In this document: in pieces, positions 39,323-54,019 of the stretch
Numbering within the stretch: the stretch's first letter is position 1
Layout: each line of letters opens with the position of its first letter
DNA from: Octopus vulgaris
Lineage: Eukaryota
Assembly (NCBI GenBank): GCA_951406725.2
Contig: OX597820.1
Location: 6,386,001 to 6,450,000 of the forward strand
Reading direction: 5' to 3'
Length of the DNA stretch: 64,000 nt
Notes under the pieces: generated by a model
Told to the model about the DNA's origin: nothing
The model's input: the letters and a program-made list of their open reading frames with translations, nothing else
Database searches by the model: none
Program-made: the position numbers and the translations under genes

Positions 39323-40669
39323 TGTTATGGTTCGGCTAGTACAGTATTTCTTGACCTACTTTGTTGAGAGTGTAGACGGAAAGCCTGGAATAAAAAGTTA
39401 CAGCCCTTTGTTTACTGGAAGAGTAATGGCTTTTGGAGGGACCTTTGGCCTTGTGCCGGTCGATTAGGGGTCAGAGAGATGTGAGGGCCGAGGAAGATAG
39501 AGTAAGGAATCTGAGAGCTGTCATGAGAGAATGACAGCAGCGGCGCCGATAGAGATAGGCAGATAGGGCTGAGAGCAGATAGAGAGAGTATGAGCAGTAG
39601 AGACAGATTGAGGGGAGTGATAGAGCAAGAGGTTTTGGGAGAGTCGTGATTTGGAAGTCAAAGCGAGCAGTTGGAATTTTAGGAGCAAGGATTTGGGAAT
39701 TCGGGGCAGGAGTGTGGCAGGTTGGAGCTAGCAGTACTGAGAGAGAGGAACTACAATATGGGACACTGGCTATTCTAATTAGGAATTAAGGTACGTGAAT
39801 TGTGTTTGTTTGTTTGTTTTGTTTTTCCAGTTTCAGCTCTTGAGCTGTGGCCATGCTGGGGCACCGCCATTGTGGTGAAAGAGTACAGCAGGGATCACCA
39901 CCCCCTGCCGGAGCCTCGTAGAGCTTTTAGGTGTTTTCGCTCAATAAACACACACAACGCCCGGTCTGAGAATCGAAACCGCGATCCTGCGACCGCGAGT
40001 CCGCTGCCCTAACCACTAGGCCATTGCGCCTCTACTAAAAGAGAAATCGTCGCCCGCATTGATATGTGAAGAAAAAGAAGGAAAAAGAATTGATGTATTG
40101 AACAGTGAAAAGAAATGAGACAGTAAAAAAGGAATTTGATGAACAATGTGAAATGTGTAAGGACATTGTGTACAGTGTTGTGATTTGGAACATTGCATAA
40201 TGAACATTGAACTGTTAGGCCTGTAATGTCCTTTGAACTGTATATGACTTGTTGATGTGTTTTGAAATAGAACTGTGTCTTCGGACGTGTACCTTTGAAA
40301 TGCTGATGTATTGACCTTGATGTGTTGGTACCGGACGGTTATATTGTTACTTGCATGTTTAAATGCTTTGATCTGTGGTATACCTGTATGATGTATTGAG
40401 TTGTCACGTGCATGTCCTCTTTTAAATGTATCTGAAGTGTATTTGATGTTGTAGCAATTGATTGTCATATAAACTAGTTGTTAAACGTAGCCAATTGCCT
40501 TGCCTTCCGCTGTGTCTCAGTATCTCTTCTTGCTGCTGCTGCTGTTGTTGTCATTGTATCTATCTCTCCTCTCCGACGAGTTTCCGTAGCGAAAGCATTC
40601 GCTGCATCGAACGGGCCTGTCTGAGGGATTCCGTAATAGTTCGAATCGGAGGTCCCCCCCCTCGTAACA
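39323..40669. mobile_element. Probable solo LTR (Gypsy/BEL-like) with a nested SINE
   Basis: Begins TGTTATG and ends CGTAACA (TG..CA with short terminal inverted repeat), ATAT on both flanks. Nearly microsatellite-free, GA-rich then GT-rich. Confidence 0.55.
39802..40035 (-). mobile_element. Chimeric SINE: D head plus CR1 tail
   Basis: D-type head up to CTGTACTCTTTCACCACAA, then TGGCGGTGCCCCAGCATGGCCACAGCTCAAGAGCTGAAACTGG and (AAAC)n. Confidence 0.8.
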
Positions 40670-40685
40670 ATATATATATATTGGG

Positions 40686-40832
40686 TTTGTGGTAAGTAGC
40701 TTCCTTCCCAACCACATGGTTCCGGGTTCAGCCCACTGCATGGCACCTTGGGCAAGTGTCTTATGCTATAGACACAGGCCGATCAAAGCCTTATGAGTAG
40801 ATTTGGTGGACGGAAGCTGAAAGAAGCCCGTC

Positions 40833-40834
<2 letters not shown>
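40686..40834 (+). mobile_element. SINE B, 5' half
   Basis: Matches 4715-4870. Confidence 0.85.
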
Positions 40835-40877
<43 letters not shown>

Positions 40878-40881
<4 letters not shown>

Positions 40882-41140
40882 TGTTGTGTTCTTGAGCAAG
40901 GCACTTTATTTCACGTTGCTCCAGTTCACTCAGCTGTAGAAATGAGTTGCGACGTCACTGGTGCCAAGCTGTATCGACCTTTGTCTTTCCCTTGGATAAC
41001 ACTGGTGGCGTGGAGAGGGGAGGCTGGTATGCATGGGCGACTGCTGGTCTTCCATAAACAACCTTGCCCAGACTTGTGTCTAGGAGGGTAACTTTCTAGG
41101 TGCAATCCCATGGTCATTCATGACCGAAGGGGGTCTTTAC

Positions 41141-41141
<1 letters not shown>
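40878..41141 (+). mobile_element. SINE C, head-less
   Basis: Near-identical to 5265-5527. Confidence 0.85.
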
Positions 41142-41174
<33 letters not shown>

Positions 41175-41176
<2 letters not shown>

Positions 41177-41470
41177 TCATCATCATCATCATCGTTTAAC
41201 GTCCGCTTTCCATGCTAGCATGGGTTGCATGATTCTGACTGAGGGCTGGCGAACAAGATGGCTGCACCAAGCTCCAATCCAATCTGGCAGAGTTTCTACA
41301 GCTGGATTCCCTTCCTAACGCCAACCACTCCAAGAGTGTAGTGGGTGCTTTTTATGTGCCACCGTCACGGGAGCCAGTCAGGCGTTACTGGCAATGACCT
41401 CGCTCGAATCTTTTTACATGTGTCACCGGCACAGGTGCCAGTGAAGCGACGTTGGTAACGATCACGCTCA
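41175..41470 (-). mobile_element. RTE-tailed SINE or non-autonomous fragment
   Basis: Minus strand GGTTGGCGTTAGGAAGGGAATCCAGCTGTAGAAAC...CCCATGCTAGCATGGAAAGCGGACGTTAAAC(GAT)n. Confidence 0.65.
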
Positions 41471-41486
41471 TATATGCATATATATA

Positions 41487-41581
<95 letters not shown>

Positions 41582-41672
41582 ACATATACATATACATATA
41601 TACATGTACATATATATACATGTACATATATATATATATATACATGTACATATATATATATATACATGTACA

Positions 41673-41722
<50 letters not shown>

Positions 41723-41749
41723 CATGTACATATATATATATACATGTAC

Positions 41750-41805
<56 letters not shown>

Positions 41806-41869
41806 GCTTTAATATGTATATGTTTGTATGTTTGTTGCAGTTTTTGAGTCAATCTTTTTGTTAATCCTG

Positions 41870-42427
41870 ATAATCATCTTGATAATGCAATGAGAGTCTT
41901 CTCCTCTGGTTTTGCATTGAATGCGTTCTTTATCTTGTTCTGTGTCGGAACGAATTCGTTGCTACGAAACAATAGTTGTACTCAGTAATCACTGAATCTG
42001 AAATCAAAAATACCGCAGTGTGAACATCAATGACATTTACGCAGAGACATCGTCTTTTGTACAGATCTTTATCATCATCTTGGTCGATCAATCACATTCA
42101 AAGTCGATCATTCTGCTTGCTCTATGGCAGATATTTTTGCTTCTCTCACGGTATTATGAAACCCAAGCATTTGTGACTCCATATCTTATCTCAGACTTTA
42201 TACACATCTGTTGGGTGACATTTCTTCTTTTAATTATGTCAGTCATTAGGCTGCGGCCATACTGGAGCAACATCCTTTTAGACGACTCCAGAACTTTTTT
42301 CAAGCCTGGCACTTACTCTATCCATTTCTTTTGCCCAACCGTTAAGTTACAGAGATGTAACACACCAATACCAGTTCTCGAGCAAGGTTCGCAGACAAAC
42401 ACAGACACAAAGACACACACACTCACA

Positions 42428-42460
<33 letters not shown>

Positions 42461-42489
42461 TATATATATATATATATATATATATGCAT

Positions 42490-42582
<93 letters not shown>

Positions 42583-42622
42583 TTTATCTATCTATCTATC
42601 TATCTATCTATCTCTCTATATA

Positions 42623-42668
<46 letters not shown>

Positions 42669-43110
42669 ACTGGCTTCTTCCAGTTTCTGTCTACCAAATC
42701 CACTCGCCAGGATACGGTTGGCCCAAGGTTGAAGCCTCTTGCCCAAGGTGACACGCTGTGAGTCTGAACTCGGTGTCATGTGGTTAGGAGGTAAAGTGCT
42801 TACTACACCGCTACGTTTTCATCTATTTTTGGTTTTTCTCTGAAATAAGTGAGACAAGCGCTAACTTAATTTCAATCTTTAAAGGAAATCAGCAATCCAT
42901 TTGTCTTATTAAGCCAACGTTTTCAACACGTGACACACGTTTCTATGGCTGACATCGTCAAAGACTTTGACATAAGTATGCAGTCAACGATGGCGAATTC
43001 GTGTCACAATATCCTCGGGCCAGAGGCTATGCTCAGTTGTTTAAAAGCTATTAACGGCATAGAAGTTCTGTTACTCTTCTGCACATCAAATTCTCTAGGA
43101 CGTTTTGCTG
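41870..43110 (-). mobile_element. Possible ancient hAT (Charlie/Buster-like) transposase remnant, split by SINE B
   Basis: Weak collinear motifs TSMPLIAFKQL / PRIL*HEFAIVDCILMSKSL / [17 protein letters not shown] (cf. LCEDM.S..LL.HTEVRW). Confidence 0.3.
42237..42815 (-). mobile_element. SINE B, diverged, with expanded internal microsatellite
   Basis: Family B tail at ~42237 and head at ~42815. Confidence 0.75.
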
Positions 43111-43243
43111 TATACAAAACATACATACATAAGTACATACATATATACATACAGGCACACAAATACACATATATCTATACACACACATACATAATTATGC
43201 ATGTTTATATTTATATGCATGTATATGTATATATATGTATATA

Positions 43244-43288
<45 letters not shown>

Positions 43289-43478
43289 CTGTGTATACAT
43301 ATATATATGTGTGTGTGTGTATATATAATCATATACACGCACACATATATATGTATGTATATATATATATATATAATCTTATATACATATAATATATAAT
43401 CATATATACACGCACATGTATCCATCCATACATACAGTATATATATACATATATATACATATATAGATATATATATGT

Positions 43479-43544
<66 letters not shown>

Positions 43545-44078
43545 TCCGTGTACGTGTAAATATATTACTAAAGTTTTCTTGCATGTAAGCGGCCCTGACT
43601 AATCCAAGTGAACGAAGCACCGACATCACCAATCCTTGTTGCTAATAAATCAGACGAAGAACCAAATAAACTTCACCGATTCCCAACCAAGAATTTGAAG
43701 CGAACTGCTGCACATCATTAGGAACGGTGCCAACCTCTTCCATCTGCGTTTATGTGACGATGCTTCGTGTCTATTTTTGTTCTAAACATATTTTATTTTT
43801 CTATTGTCTGCCTTTTTTTCTTTAAACTAACGTTGGCGGATATTTTTTTTTTTATATATTTTCTTTCTTTTTATTTTAACAAAATATAGCAATCACTCTT
43901 TTTTTTATTTGACATTCGCTTTGGCAAATATACATGCGTTAAATGGTAAATGTTGCCAGGTATGTGTATAAATGTGCGACGGCAAAACGCATACGCACAC
44001 ATTTCACTATTTGCATCTAGGTGTGTGTGTGTCACTGTTGATATACATACATATCCATATCCCTATATATATATATAT

Positions 44079-44124
<46 letters not shown>

Positions 44125-44184
44125 TACAGATGTCTGTGTGTGTATATGTATATATACATATATATATATTCAAATACATAAGTC

Positions 44185-44274
<90 letters not shown>

Positions 44275-44943
44275 TGTGTGTGTGTGTGTATATATGTATA
44301 TATATCTATGTATATACATGTATGTACTTATGGGTATATGAGAAAGAGTGAGATAGATAGATAGATAGATAGAGATGGAGAGAGAGTGTGTGTGTTAATG
44401 TATGTGTGTGTGTAAACATATGTGATGAACATATCGTATACCAAATTCATTTAATCAACAAAATGAGAATTCAAGACAAGCTTTGTCTTCTGCCTTTGAC
44501 ATTTACGGATTGAATTCTTCATTGTCGTCGTCGTCGTCGTCGTCGTCGTCTGTGTAGTTATTGGTGTTGCTGTGTCCCAGATCAACCCGCACTGATCGGT
44601 TCTAATATCAAAATAGTTCAACAAGTCACTAGACCCCGCGATTTATAAATTTAGCTCTACATTATCCGGATTAAATTATGTTGTATACGAATATCTCTTA
44701 TACACAAACACACCAAGACACACATACACACACACAAACACACTCACACACGCTCTCACAAACACACACACACAAGCACGCACACACAGACACTCACTCA
44801 TACATGTATAAGAGAAATAATGATAAACACAAGCTTATAGTATAGTCTCTTCATGCATTTCCCCATTATGGTTATTTGATATCTCGCAATAGTTATTCCT
44901 TGAGCTGAAGTACCACGAATCATCAGGAAGCACTTCATTGCAT

Positions 44944-44982
<39 letters not shown>

Positions 44983-44986
<4 letters not shown>

Positions 44987-45232
44987 CAGTCATTTGACTG
45001 CGGCCATGCTGTAGCACCGCCTTTAGTCGAGCAAATCGACCCCAGGACTTATTCTTTTGTAAGCCCAGTACTTATTCTATCGGTCTCTTTTGCTGAACCG
45101 CTAAGTGACGGGGACGTAAACACACCAGCATCGGTTGTCAAGCAATGCTAGGGGGACAAACACAGACACACAAACATATACACACACACACATATATATA
45201 TATACATATATACGACAGGCTTCTTTCAGTTT
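44983..45232 (-). mobile_element. SINE B, 5'-truncated, flanked by duplicated CATTGTTT(GT)n
   Basis: CATTGTTTGTGTG at both 44941 and 45233 (TSD-like). Confidence 0.85.
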
Positions 45233-45235
45233 CAT

Positions 45236-45304
<69 letters not shown>

Positions 45305-45409
45305 TAGTGTATTTTAACTGTCTTGGTGGGACAGTTTCACACCAGGGCCACTGCGCCTGCCGCCGTGATTGTGGAATGAACTTGACACTCATTCGGTTGT
45401 AATGATCCA

Positions 45410-45838
45410 TACTCTTTACTCTCTTTTACTCTTTTACTTGTTTCAGTCATTTGACTGCGGCCATGCTGGAGCACCGCCTTTTAGTCGAGCAAATCGACCC
45501 CAGGACTTATTCTTTGTAAGCCCAGTACTTATTCTATCGGTCTCTTTGCCGAACCGCTAAGTGACGGGGACGTAAACACACCAGCATCGGTTGTCAAGCA
45601 ATGCTAGGGGGACAAACACAGACACACAAACATATACACACACACTTATATATATATATATATATACATATATACGACAGGCTTCTGTCAGTTTCCATCT
45701 ACCAAATCCACTCACAAGGCATTGGTCGACCCGGGGCTATAGCAGAAGACACTTGCCCAAGATGCCACGCAGTGGGACTGAACCCGTAACCATGTGGTTG
45801 GTAAACAAGCTACTTACCACACAGCCACTCCTGCGCCT
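45410..45838 (-). mobile_element. SINE B, full length
   Basis: Head AGGCGCAGGAGTGGCTGTGTGGTAAG, CORE-like domain, (AAAAGAGT)n tail. Confidence 0.9.
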
Positions 45839-47948
45839 ATACTGTGTCATATTGCTATAGATGTTAGCAATGTAAAAAGAACAACATAACAGAATATTGT
45901 GCGATGGAACCTTGAGTATTGCTTGATGAAATGATAGTATGAAAGTCGGTTGGTGCTTTGGTCGACAAAGCGGGGAACTTGCTTCAGCAAATGTAAATAT
46001 AAGGAATATATTAAATGGTAAAAAAAAAGAGTTACATTAAAGGATCGGTGTCCTGAAATATCTCTATTCAGATTGTTATAGTTATCATGGTTAGGTCCAT
46101 ACACGAGCATTTCTATCGCAGCCGAATGTCCAATGACAATGGTCTATTCTCTTGGAATGTCCTAGGAGCTGAGATATTTTATATTTATATGTAGCATGTA
46201 AAGGATTGTAGTATAGTGGTTAGTGTGTTGGGATCCTGATCGATAAGCCTAGGGTGACAGTTTCAGAACGAGTGGCACGTTGCGTTCTGGAGCGAGGCTT
46301 TTCGTTTAATGTTGCTTCAATAAGTTCTGTACCACCTGGGGGGGGGGGGTCCAAACATTTGATGAACTGGCTCTTGTTCAGTAAAGTCTTGTACTAACAA
46401 CAAAAACGGTTTGACATTCTTAATAAACCTTGACTGTCAGGGGACAAATGGTACACTTAATGAGTATATTCTTGAAATAATTGAGCTTGCTTTTCTCTAG
46501 AGTGCCTTTGTGAGGATCACTTAACTCTACAGAGAAAAATATCTAGGGAACTCTTAAAAATCTCGGGTTACATGCAGATTAAATTTCGTAAACATTTTAT
46601 GCATCGGTTATATAGTTGCAGACCATTAAATGCCAAAATGTTTTTGTAAAGATTTCTGAACCGAAAGTTAGAGTTCGGGAGTTTTGGATATCACAATACC
46701 TTCTATTCTAGTTGTAAATTTTGGGACAAGATATTTGAAAACCTTCAACGTATACGAGTCACCCGTCGTTCCAGAGAGCAACGATATAATGTGCGGTGTG
46801 TATACAGAACCAAAGCCCTTTGGTTTTTCCTACGTAGCCTACAGATATAATTTTAGATAAAATTAATTACAGGAAACGAGGTTCATAGAAGTCAAACAAA
46901 TGCGGGAATAGGTTAAGAAAATATGGAATGACATTCGACTCAATGTCTTACATACTTTCTTGATTATTTCGTAATAATTTAAAGCTAAAACTTAATGAGA
47001 TAAGTAAACCGATTCACTCACCGCTCTGTAGCATCATTAGTTATATATCTCCAGGAATTACTTTATTCTTATAGCAGACATTTTACAGTAGCAAATGAGA
47101 AGCAATTTTGCTGTTATACATCAACGGTTGAAACATAAAAGTAACAAGCTTATAAAATCAGGTTGAGAAAAGTGACTGAAGAGTGTCGACCTCATGCAGA
47201 AACAGGGTTAAAATTGATATCAGCAATTTAGAAGTAACTTAATGCAAGCAACTTTATGGATAAGTTTTTGTAAGCGATTTTTATGAAGCAATTTCTCGAA
47301 AACGCCTTGAAAATGACGAATTAATACAATAATTAGGTTCAAATAAAACTGCTAATTACTAGCAACAAGTTAATGAAGCAAATGCAAGTTAATGACTCAA
47401 CAGTCGCAACTAGCAACAACATCTTAAGAAGGGAAATAAGTTATAAATCATCGCAAGAAACTTTGAAGGTTCGAATGAAGTGCTGGAAGTAATAATCGAA
47501 CTTCCAGAATCTTAATAGAATCCTGTTACTAGCAGCAAAATATTGGTAGCGATATTTCAAAGTACTTGATGTGCTTCCGGTGCGTTGCGTTCATATTCCT
47601 TCCTCCAGTCTCTCTACGAAATCCAGAGTCGCAATTTTCTATTCACATTCAAATTTGTTATCAACATTATATATGTAGAATAGACATTTGTGATTTTACT
47701 GGAATTAAAGAGCTCCTGAGAGAATGTCTGAGTGTCTGATATTTCTCCAGCATATTATTCGACTAGGTTTTTAATTCCATTGGTTCCCGTTAAATTATTG
47801 TTGGCTCTACGAATCGATCCTATATAAATCTATAAATACGTGCATTGACGTGTACACACACACACACACACTCATATGTACATTTATCCATTTAGATATC
47901 CATATATGTGAAAGCATTTATACATATCTAGATGTATGTATCCATATA

Positions 47949-47983
<35 letters not shown>

Positions 47984-47994
47984 TTATATACATT

Positions 47995-48275
47995 CTTTTA
48001 TTTGTTTGTCATTTGGTTGCGACCATGTTGAAGCATCGCCTTTAGACGTACAGATCGACCCCAGGACTTACTCTTTGTAAGCCTAGTACTTAATCTATCG
48101 ATCTCTTTTGCCGAACCGCTAAGTTAGGGGTACGTAAAAACACCAACATCGGTTGTCAAGCGATGGTGGGGGACAAACACAGACACAAAAACACACACAA
48201 AAATATATAGTGAGACTGAACCCGGAACCATGTGGTTGATAAGCAAGCTACTTACCACACAGCTACGCCTACGTC
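47995..48275 (-). mobile_element. SINE B with an internal deletion of the CORE-like part
   Basis: The head joins the internal microsatellite directly at ~48210. Confidence 0.75.
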
Positions 48276-48625
48276 TATGGATATAATGTGAGAACACACA
48301 CATACACATATATAAATATACACACACACAAAGGTATATCCCTTACACATGTGTGCACGCATGGTGTATGCATATATATGTATATGTTCCACGTTCTCAA
48401 ACACACACACACACCAACCTACTTTGAATACTAGTAAACTCGCACAAAATATATATGTCTTTTAAATGCATCTTATCCGTTTGCTTTTTAAAATTTATTT
48501 CTCACAAATGTCGATATATGCGTCTGTATATAGTTTTCTATTTATTTATATATTTTCTCTCGCCCTTATATATATGTGTGTGTGTGTGTGTATGTGTGTG
48601 TGTGTGTGTGTGTATGTAGGTATGG

Positions 48626-48656
<31 letters not shown>

Positions 48657-48711
48657 CTATATATGTATGTATATATATATATGTATATATGTATGTTTGT
48701 AAGTATTTATA

Positions 48712-48748
<37 letters not shown>

Positions 48749-49120
48749 GTATGTTCGTATATATATGTGTGTGTGTGTGTATGTATATAGCAAGTTAAGC
48801 TAGTTAGTTACTTATCGATATATCGATCTATCGATTGATCAATCAGAACCATCTATCAACCTGTCTATCTATCTGTGTCTTTATATTCATTGAAATATGA
48901 ATTAATTATTCCTATTGCCCTCAAAAATATTTTCATTTTTTTTTCTTACTCCTACCAACCATTTCCATCTTGGAAAATTTGCTCCAAGACACAAGAAACC
49001 CAGCATTTGAAAGTGCAACTTGGTCTTTTCTTTCGTTTTTCGTTCATTTTCCTTTCATTCTTTTCTTCTTTTCTTTTACTGTCATATTTTTTAATAGATT
49101 ATGATTAATTTGCACTTTTC

Positions 49121-49176
<56 letters not shown>

Positions 49177-49221
49177 GCTTCGCTAAATATGTGTGTACCT
49201 ATATACATATATGTACGTATG

Positions 49222-49256
<35 letters not shown>

Positions 49257-49284
49257 TTCTCTAAATATGTGTGTACCTATATAC

Positions 49285-49338
<54 letters not shown>

Positions 49339-49882
49339 TTTGAAAATTTGTTTTACTCATATCTTTTCCACAGTGAATAGCTTTCCCGTTGCTCTCTCCT
49401 GGAGAGCCAGGCCATTATCACAATAGGAGACGTACTAGTGATGCCAGAGACTGAAGAAAAAACTGGAGACTGCACAAGAACAACAAGAGCAATAACAACA
49501 ACAACAACAACAGCGACGACAATATCTGTAGCCTTACTAACACTGATATGAAAAAAACAACAACAATGACGAAACTATATAAAAATAAATAAATGATTTA
49601 GAGAAAAATAAAGTGTAACAAAAAACGATAGTAAAATATCGCGATTGCGATGATGCTGAAATCACCGGGAGATGATGATGTGAAGAAGGAATTGAAAATA
49701 CGAAAAAACAGAAGGAAAAGAAGTTTAAAAAATGTGAATAAAATAGAGAAAAAAAGTGCTTCAAACTGCGTTGAATGGAGGAAAATAATGAGAAAGTTCT
49801 GTTAATGTTGAATGTTTTTTAGAGAGGCTGCCTTGAAATCCCAGTTGTTTGTGTAATTAAAATAAAATATGATAGAAGTTAC

Positions 49883-49914
<32 letters not shown>

Positions 49915-49929
49915 AAACTACTACTACTG

Positions 49930-49960
<31 letters not shown>

Positions 49961-51249
49961 ATTATCTGCAATATATATGTGTGTGTGTTACCTGTGAAAT
50001 ATATACATATGTATGTATGTATGTATGCATGTATGTATGTATGAATCTATGAGTGTATATATACACACACCTAAGCAAAAACAGAACGACTTTATAAGTT
50101 AGGATTTAAGCATAAATGTTAGCATGTAATACATACGTTAAAAAAAACTAATAATAATACTCTAAAAAAAATTGCATTTCAATACAGTATTTTTAAATGT
50201 CTAAGAATATTTTGCATTTAATATTTTTGTTATTAATTATTATTATTATTATCGTTGTCTATTATATGTTATAAATATTCCGTTCATACACATATATGCA
50301 TGCATACATACAATCGTATGTAAATATATATATATGTGCGTGTATGTATGTATATGTACTGTAATTTTGAACGGGGTATATGTACAAAGAGATATAATAA
50401 CTGCGAATGTACGTGCCTATAGATATATAGCTTAAACACAAAAACACAAACACACATATACGTATGTATATATACACAACTGCAATTATATAAAAGCACG
50501 TATGTATATAAATGATATATGTACATAACTATATACGTATATATATGTACTTGCATTCATACGCACACATACATAAATAGATTCATAGATATATACATAC
50601 ACACACAAATATGTCTGAATGAGTCCGCGCGTAAGTATATATGTATATGCACGCATGTATAATTCTAAGGCTATTTATAAATTCCTTTGATTATAACACG
50701 TTTCAGATTTTTAAATAAAAGGACAAATTTAATCTCGTCAAACACATACGATATATATATAAACCTACAAACATACATAATTCCAACAATACAAAACGCA
50801 GAAATACATACATATATATATATATATACATATATATATATTTATATATATAGTTCTGAAATAAATTAGAAAGTCTTTTTTTAAAAAGAAATAATTGTGA
50901 AGCAAAAAGGAAAAGAAAATCATTGCTGAATGCTACATCTATTAGGTAATGTTAATCAAGCGACAGATCCGATATATGGGAAGAAATATTGGTAAGGAAT
51001 GCAAAGTGGAATTCATTCAAGATATATTTCTAAATGTTAAATAAACAACTGAACAACGGATTGTCTTTGTGTTTTTTACTTCTTGACTTTTTTTTTTCTT
51101 TTATGGGTTGCTGTGTTTTTCTGAGTTTCTCTATATGATATGCCTGCACATATATAGGCTCACACACACACACACACACCACGAATATATAGAAATGTAT
51201 GTAAGTATACATACATACGTATGTATACGTGACATATATACGTGATATG

Positions 51250-51328
<79 letters not shown>

Positions 51329-51531
51329 GGAGGAGAGAAATATATATACAACTATAGATATTCATGCATGTATAATTATATATAAATATATGCAAATATA
51401 TATATATATATATATATACAACACACATACACATATATTAAGATATACGAGCACACCTACATGGATATATGCATATGCCAGAGCCACACACACACACAAA
51501 CACACCCTCACACAAACACACACATTTATCC

Positions 51532-51567
<36 letters not shown>

Positions 51568-51794
51568 CATAAGTTCATTTAAAAAAAAAAAAAAAATTTT
51601 TCTTGTTTCTTTGGCTCATTTATAATTCTTTGAGTTTCACTCTCTCATCTCATGTTATTACTTTTCTATTATTTTTTCTTTGTTTTCGAATATATTTTTT
51701 TCGCTCTTAATGAAATCCAAGAATTTTCACCATTTATGAGCGAAAATATGAAGTGTCCTGGTGAGAGGTCGGATGTAAGAACAGAAAAAATGCC

Positions 51795-51799
51795 ATGAT

Positions 51800-51840
<41 letters not shown>

Positions 51841-51850
51841 TGATGATAAC

Positions 51851-51882
<32 letters not shown>

Positions 51883-51920
51883 TGATAATAATAATAATGA
51901 TGATAATAATAATAATGATG

Positions 51921-51972
<52 letters not shown>

Positions 51973-51974
51973 TG

Positions 51975-52032
<58 letters not shown>

Positions 52033-52070
52033 AGATGATGATAATAATAATGATGATAATAATAATAATA
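51795..52070. repeat. (TAA)n/(TGA)n microsatellite
   Basis: Direct inspection. Confidence 0.95.
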
Positions 52071-52306
52071 GCAGCTGTAATGTTAATAATATTATTATTT
52101 ATAATTATGATTTCTTTTTATATTAATAGCAATAAAATTAAGAATAATAATAAAGATTGTGAGGTAAGAAAAAATCTGCTATCAAAGAATGGAACAAGAA
52201 AACGTGGGAAATTGAAGGAAATGTAATAGACTGGAATTAATATTTAATGTCTGCAGAGTCATACAATTTATGTATCTATGTTCGTGTATAGACATTTATG
52301 TCTCTA

Positions 52307-52690
52307 CTAGCAGTATCGCCCGGCGTTGCTCAGGTTTGTAAGGGAAATAACTATAAAGCATTTTTAGAGAGTTATAGCCAAAAAATAGCAAAAAAATGGA
52401 AAAAAAATGATGGTAAATTTTTTTTGAGAGTTAAAAAAGGGGGAGTTGCGTCCCCTAGACGGTCTGTGGTTTGGGTTTCTGATTCTCGACCCCATGTCGA
52501 ATTTATCGATTTTTTTCAGAACTGGTGGAACTTTTCAAAATTTTCGCTGCGTTAATTTTGAATTATGACATTGGGCTATGTGTGTGTCAAGTTTCATCAG
52601 AATCGGTTGAAAGCCGTGGTCAGAGTGAGGGTACGAGAAAACAGACACACAGAAAACGCACAGACAAACTGTCGTTTATATAGAGAGAGA
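52307..52690 (-). mobile_element. Non-autonomous Helitron
   Basis: Minus strand starts TC(TCTCTCTATATAAAC) and ends with GC-rich CCTGAGCAACGCCGGGCG..CTAG. Sits between A and T with no TSD. Internal CCGATTCTGATGAAACTTGACAC. Confidence 0.7.
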
Positions 52691-52709
52691 TATATGCATA
52701 TATATATTT

Positions 52710-52740
<31 letters not shown>

Positions 52741-52797
52741 TATATATATATGGCAATAATAAATCTCTGAGCGAGACGTATACAGTAGCAGCACGGA

Positions 52798-53144
52798 ATC
52801 GTGAAGTATATGTGCCACCTAAATGTGGAGGAGCCATAGGGCACGATGCTACTGTTGTTTGTAGCTCCAGGAAGACATCTCCTGCAGCTGGATAACGACA
52901 CACTGTCTGTGTCCGATTTACATTTGCGAAGGGAAATCCTCGTTCCCATCTCTAGTATTACGTGATGCACACAGACCCAGGTCGCTCAGGCTAGAGATAC
53001 GAATGATGATTACTCTTCGAAAACACTAATCGGACACAGTGTGTCGTTAGCCAGCTGTTGGAGATATCTTCCTGGGGCTATAAACAACAGTATTATCGTC
53101 CTGTATGGATCCGCCACATTTAGGGGGCAACTGTGCTTCACGAT
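52798..53144. mobile_element. Fold-back MITE (~350 bp, largely self-complementary)
   Basis: Arms 52798-52919 and 53029-53144 are reverse complements. The inner segment also pairs partly (ATCTCTAG/CTAGAGAT). Confidence 0.7.
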
Positions 53145-53157
53145 ATATGTATATAGT

Positions 53158-53348
53158 CGCCATGATAGATCGTTAGCCACTACACACATTTTTTTCTCTC
53201 TTTGTTTTTTTTTCTGTGTCCCTTTCTGTAGAAGCGCGTAGGCTCGAAACGTTAAAGACTTCTTCTATTTCTGAGCGTTATACTAATACATCTGTTTGTT
53301 TTGTACACCACATGTCTTCGTCTTTTGTTTTTTTTCGTAAACTCCCCC
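53158..53348 (+). mobile_element. Hammerhead-like mini-element H1
   Basis: cttt CTGTAGA A GCGC gtag GCTC GAAAC GTT aaag. Starts CGCCATGATAGATCG and ends TAAACTCCCCC. Confidence 0.7.
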
Positions 53349-53585
53349 TATATATATATATACTTGTAACCATGCATATGTATGTGTTTACACGCACATA
53401 TTTTTGTGTGTATACACATACATGTCTATATATATGTGTGTGTGTGCATCTTGACTGTTGGGAGGGTCATTTCGCCAATGATAATAAACACAAGCTCTGG
53501 TTCAATATAACTTTTATTACTCAATTGGTTAAATATCTCACCAACTAACGAAACGTTTGTTTAATTTGTTGTTTAAACAACCAAT

Positions 53586-53813
53586 CTCTCTTTACTCTCT
53601 TTTACTTGTTTCAGTCATTTGACTGCGGCCATGTTGGAGCACCGCCTTTAATCGAGCAACTCGACCCCGGGACTTATTCTTTGTAGGCCCAGTACTTACT
53701 TTATCGGTCTCTTTTGCCGAACCGCAAAGTGACGGGGACATAAACACACCAGCATCGGTTGTCAAGCAATGCTACGGGAACAAACGCAGACACACATACA
53801 TACACACACACAC

Positions 53814-53860
<47 letters not shown>

Positions 53861-54019
53861 TACGAGGGGCTTCTTTCAGTTTCCGTCTACCAAATCCACT
53901 CACAAGAGTTTGGTCGGCCCGAGGCTATAGTAGACACTTGTCCAAGGTGCCACGCTGTGGGACTGAACCCGGAACCATGTGGTTGGTAAGCAAGCTACTT
54001 ACCACACAGCCACTCCTGC
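53586..54019 (-). mobile_element. SINE B, full length
   Basis: Matches 45410-45838. Confidence 0.9.

Noticed and set aside
43600-43720. PILVANKSD, resembling a small-GTPase G4 motif
   Set aside because: Short frame bounded by stops, with no donor before the stop and no other G motifs; likely chance.
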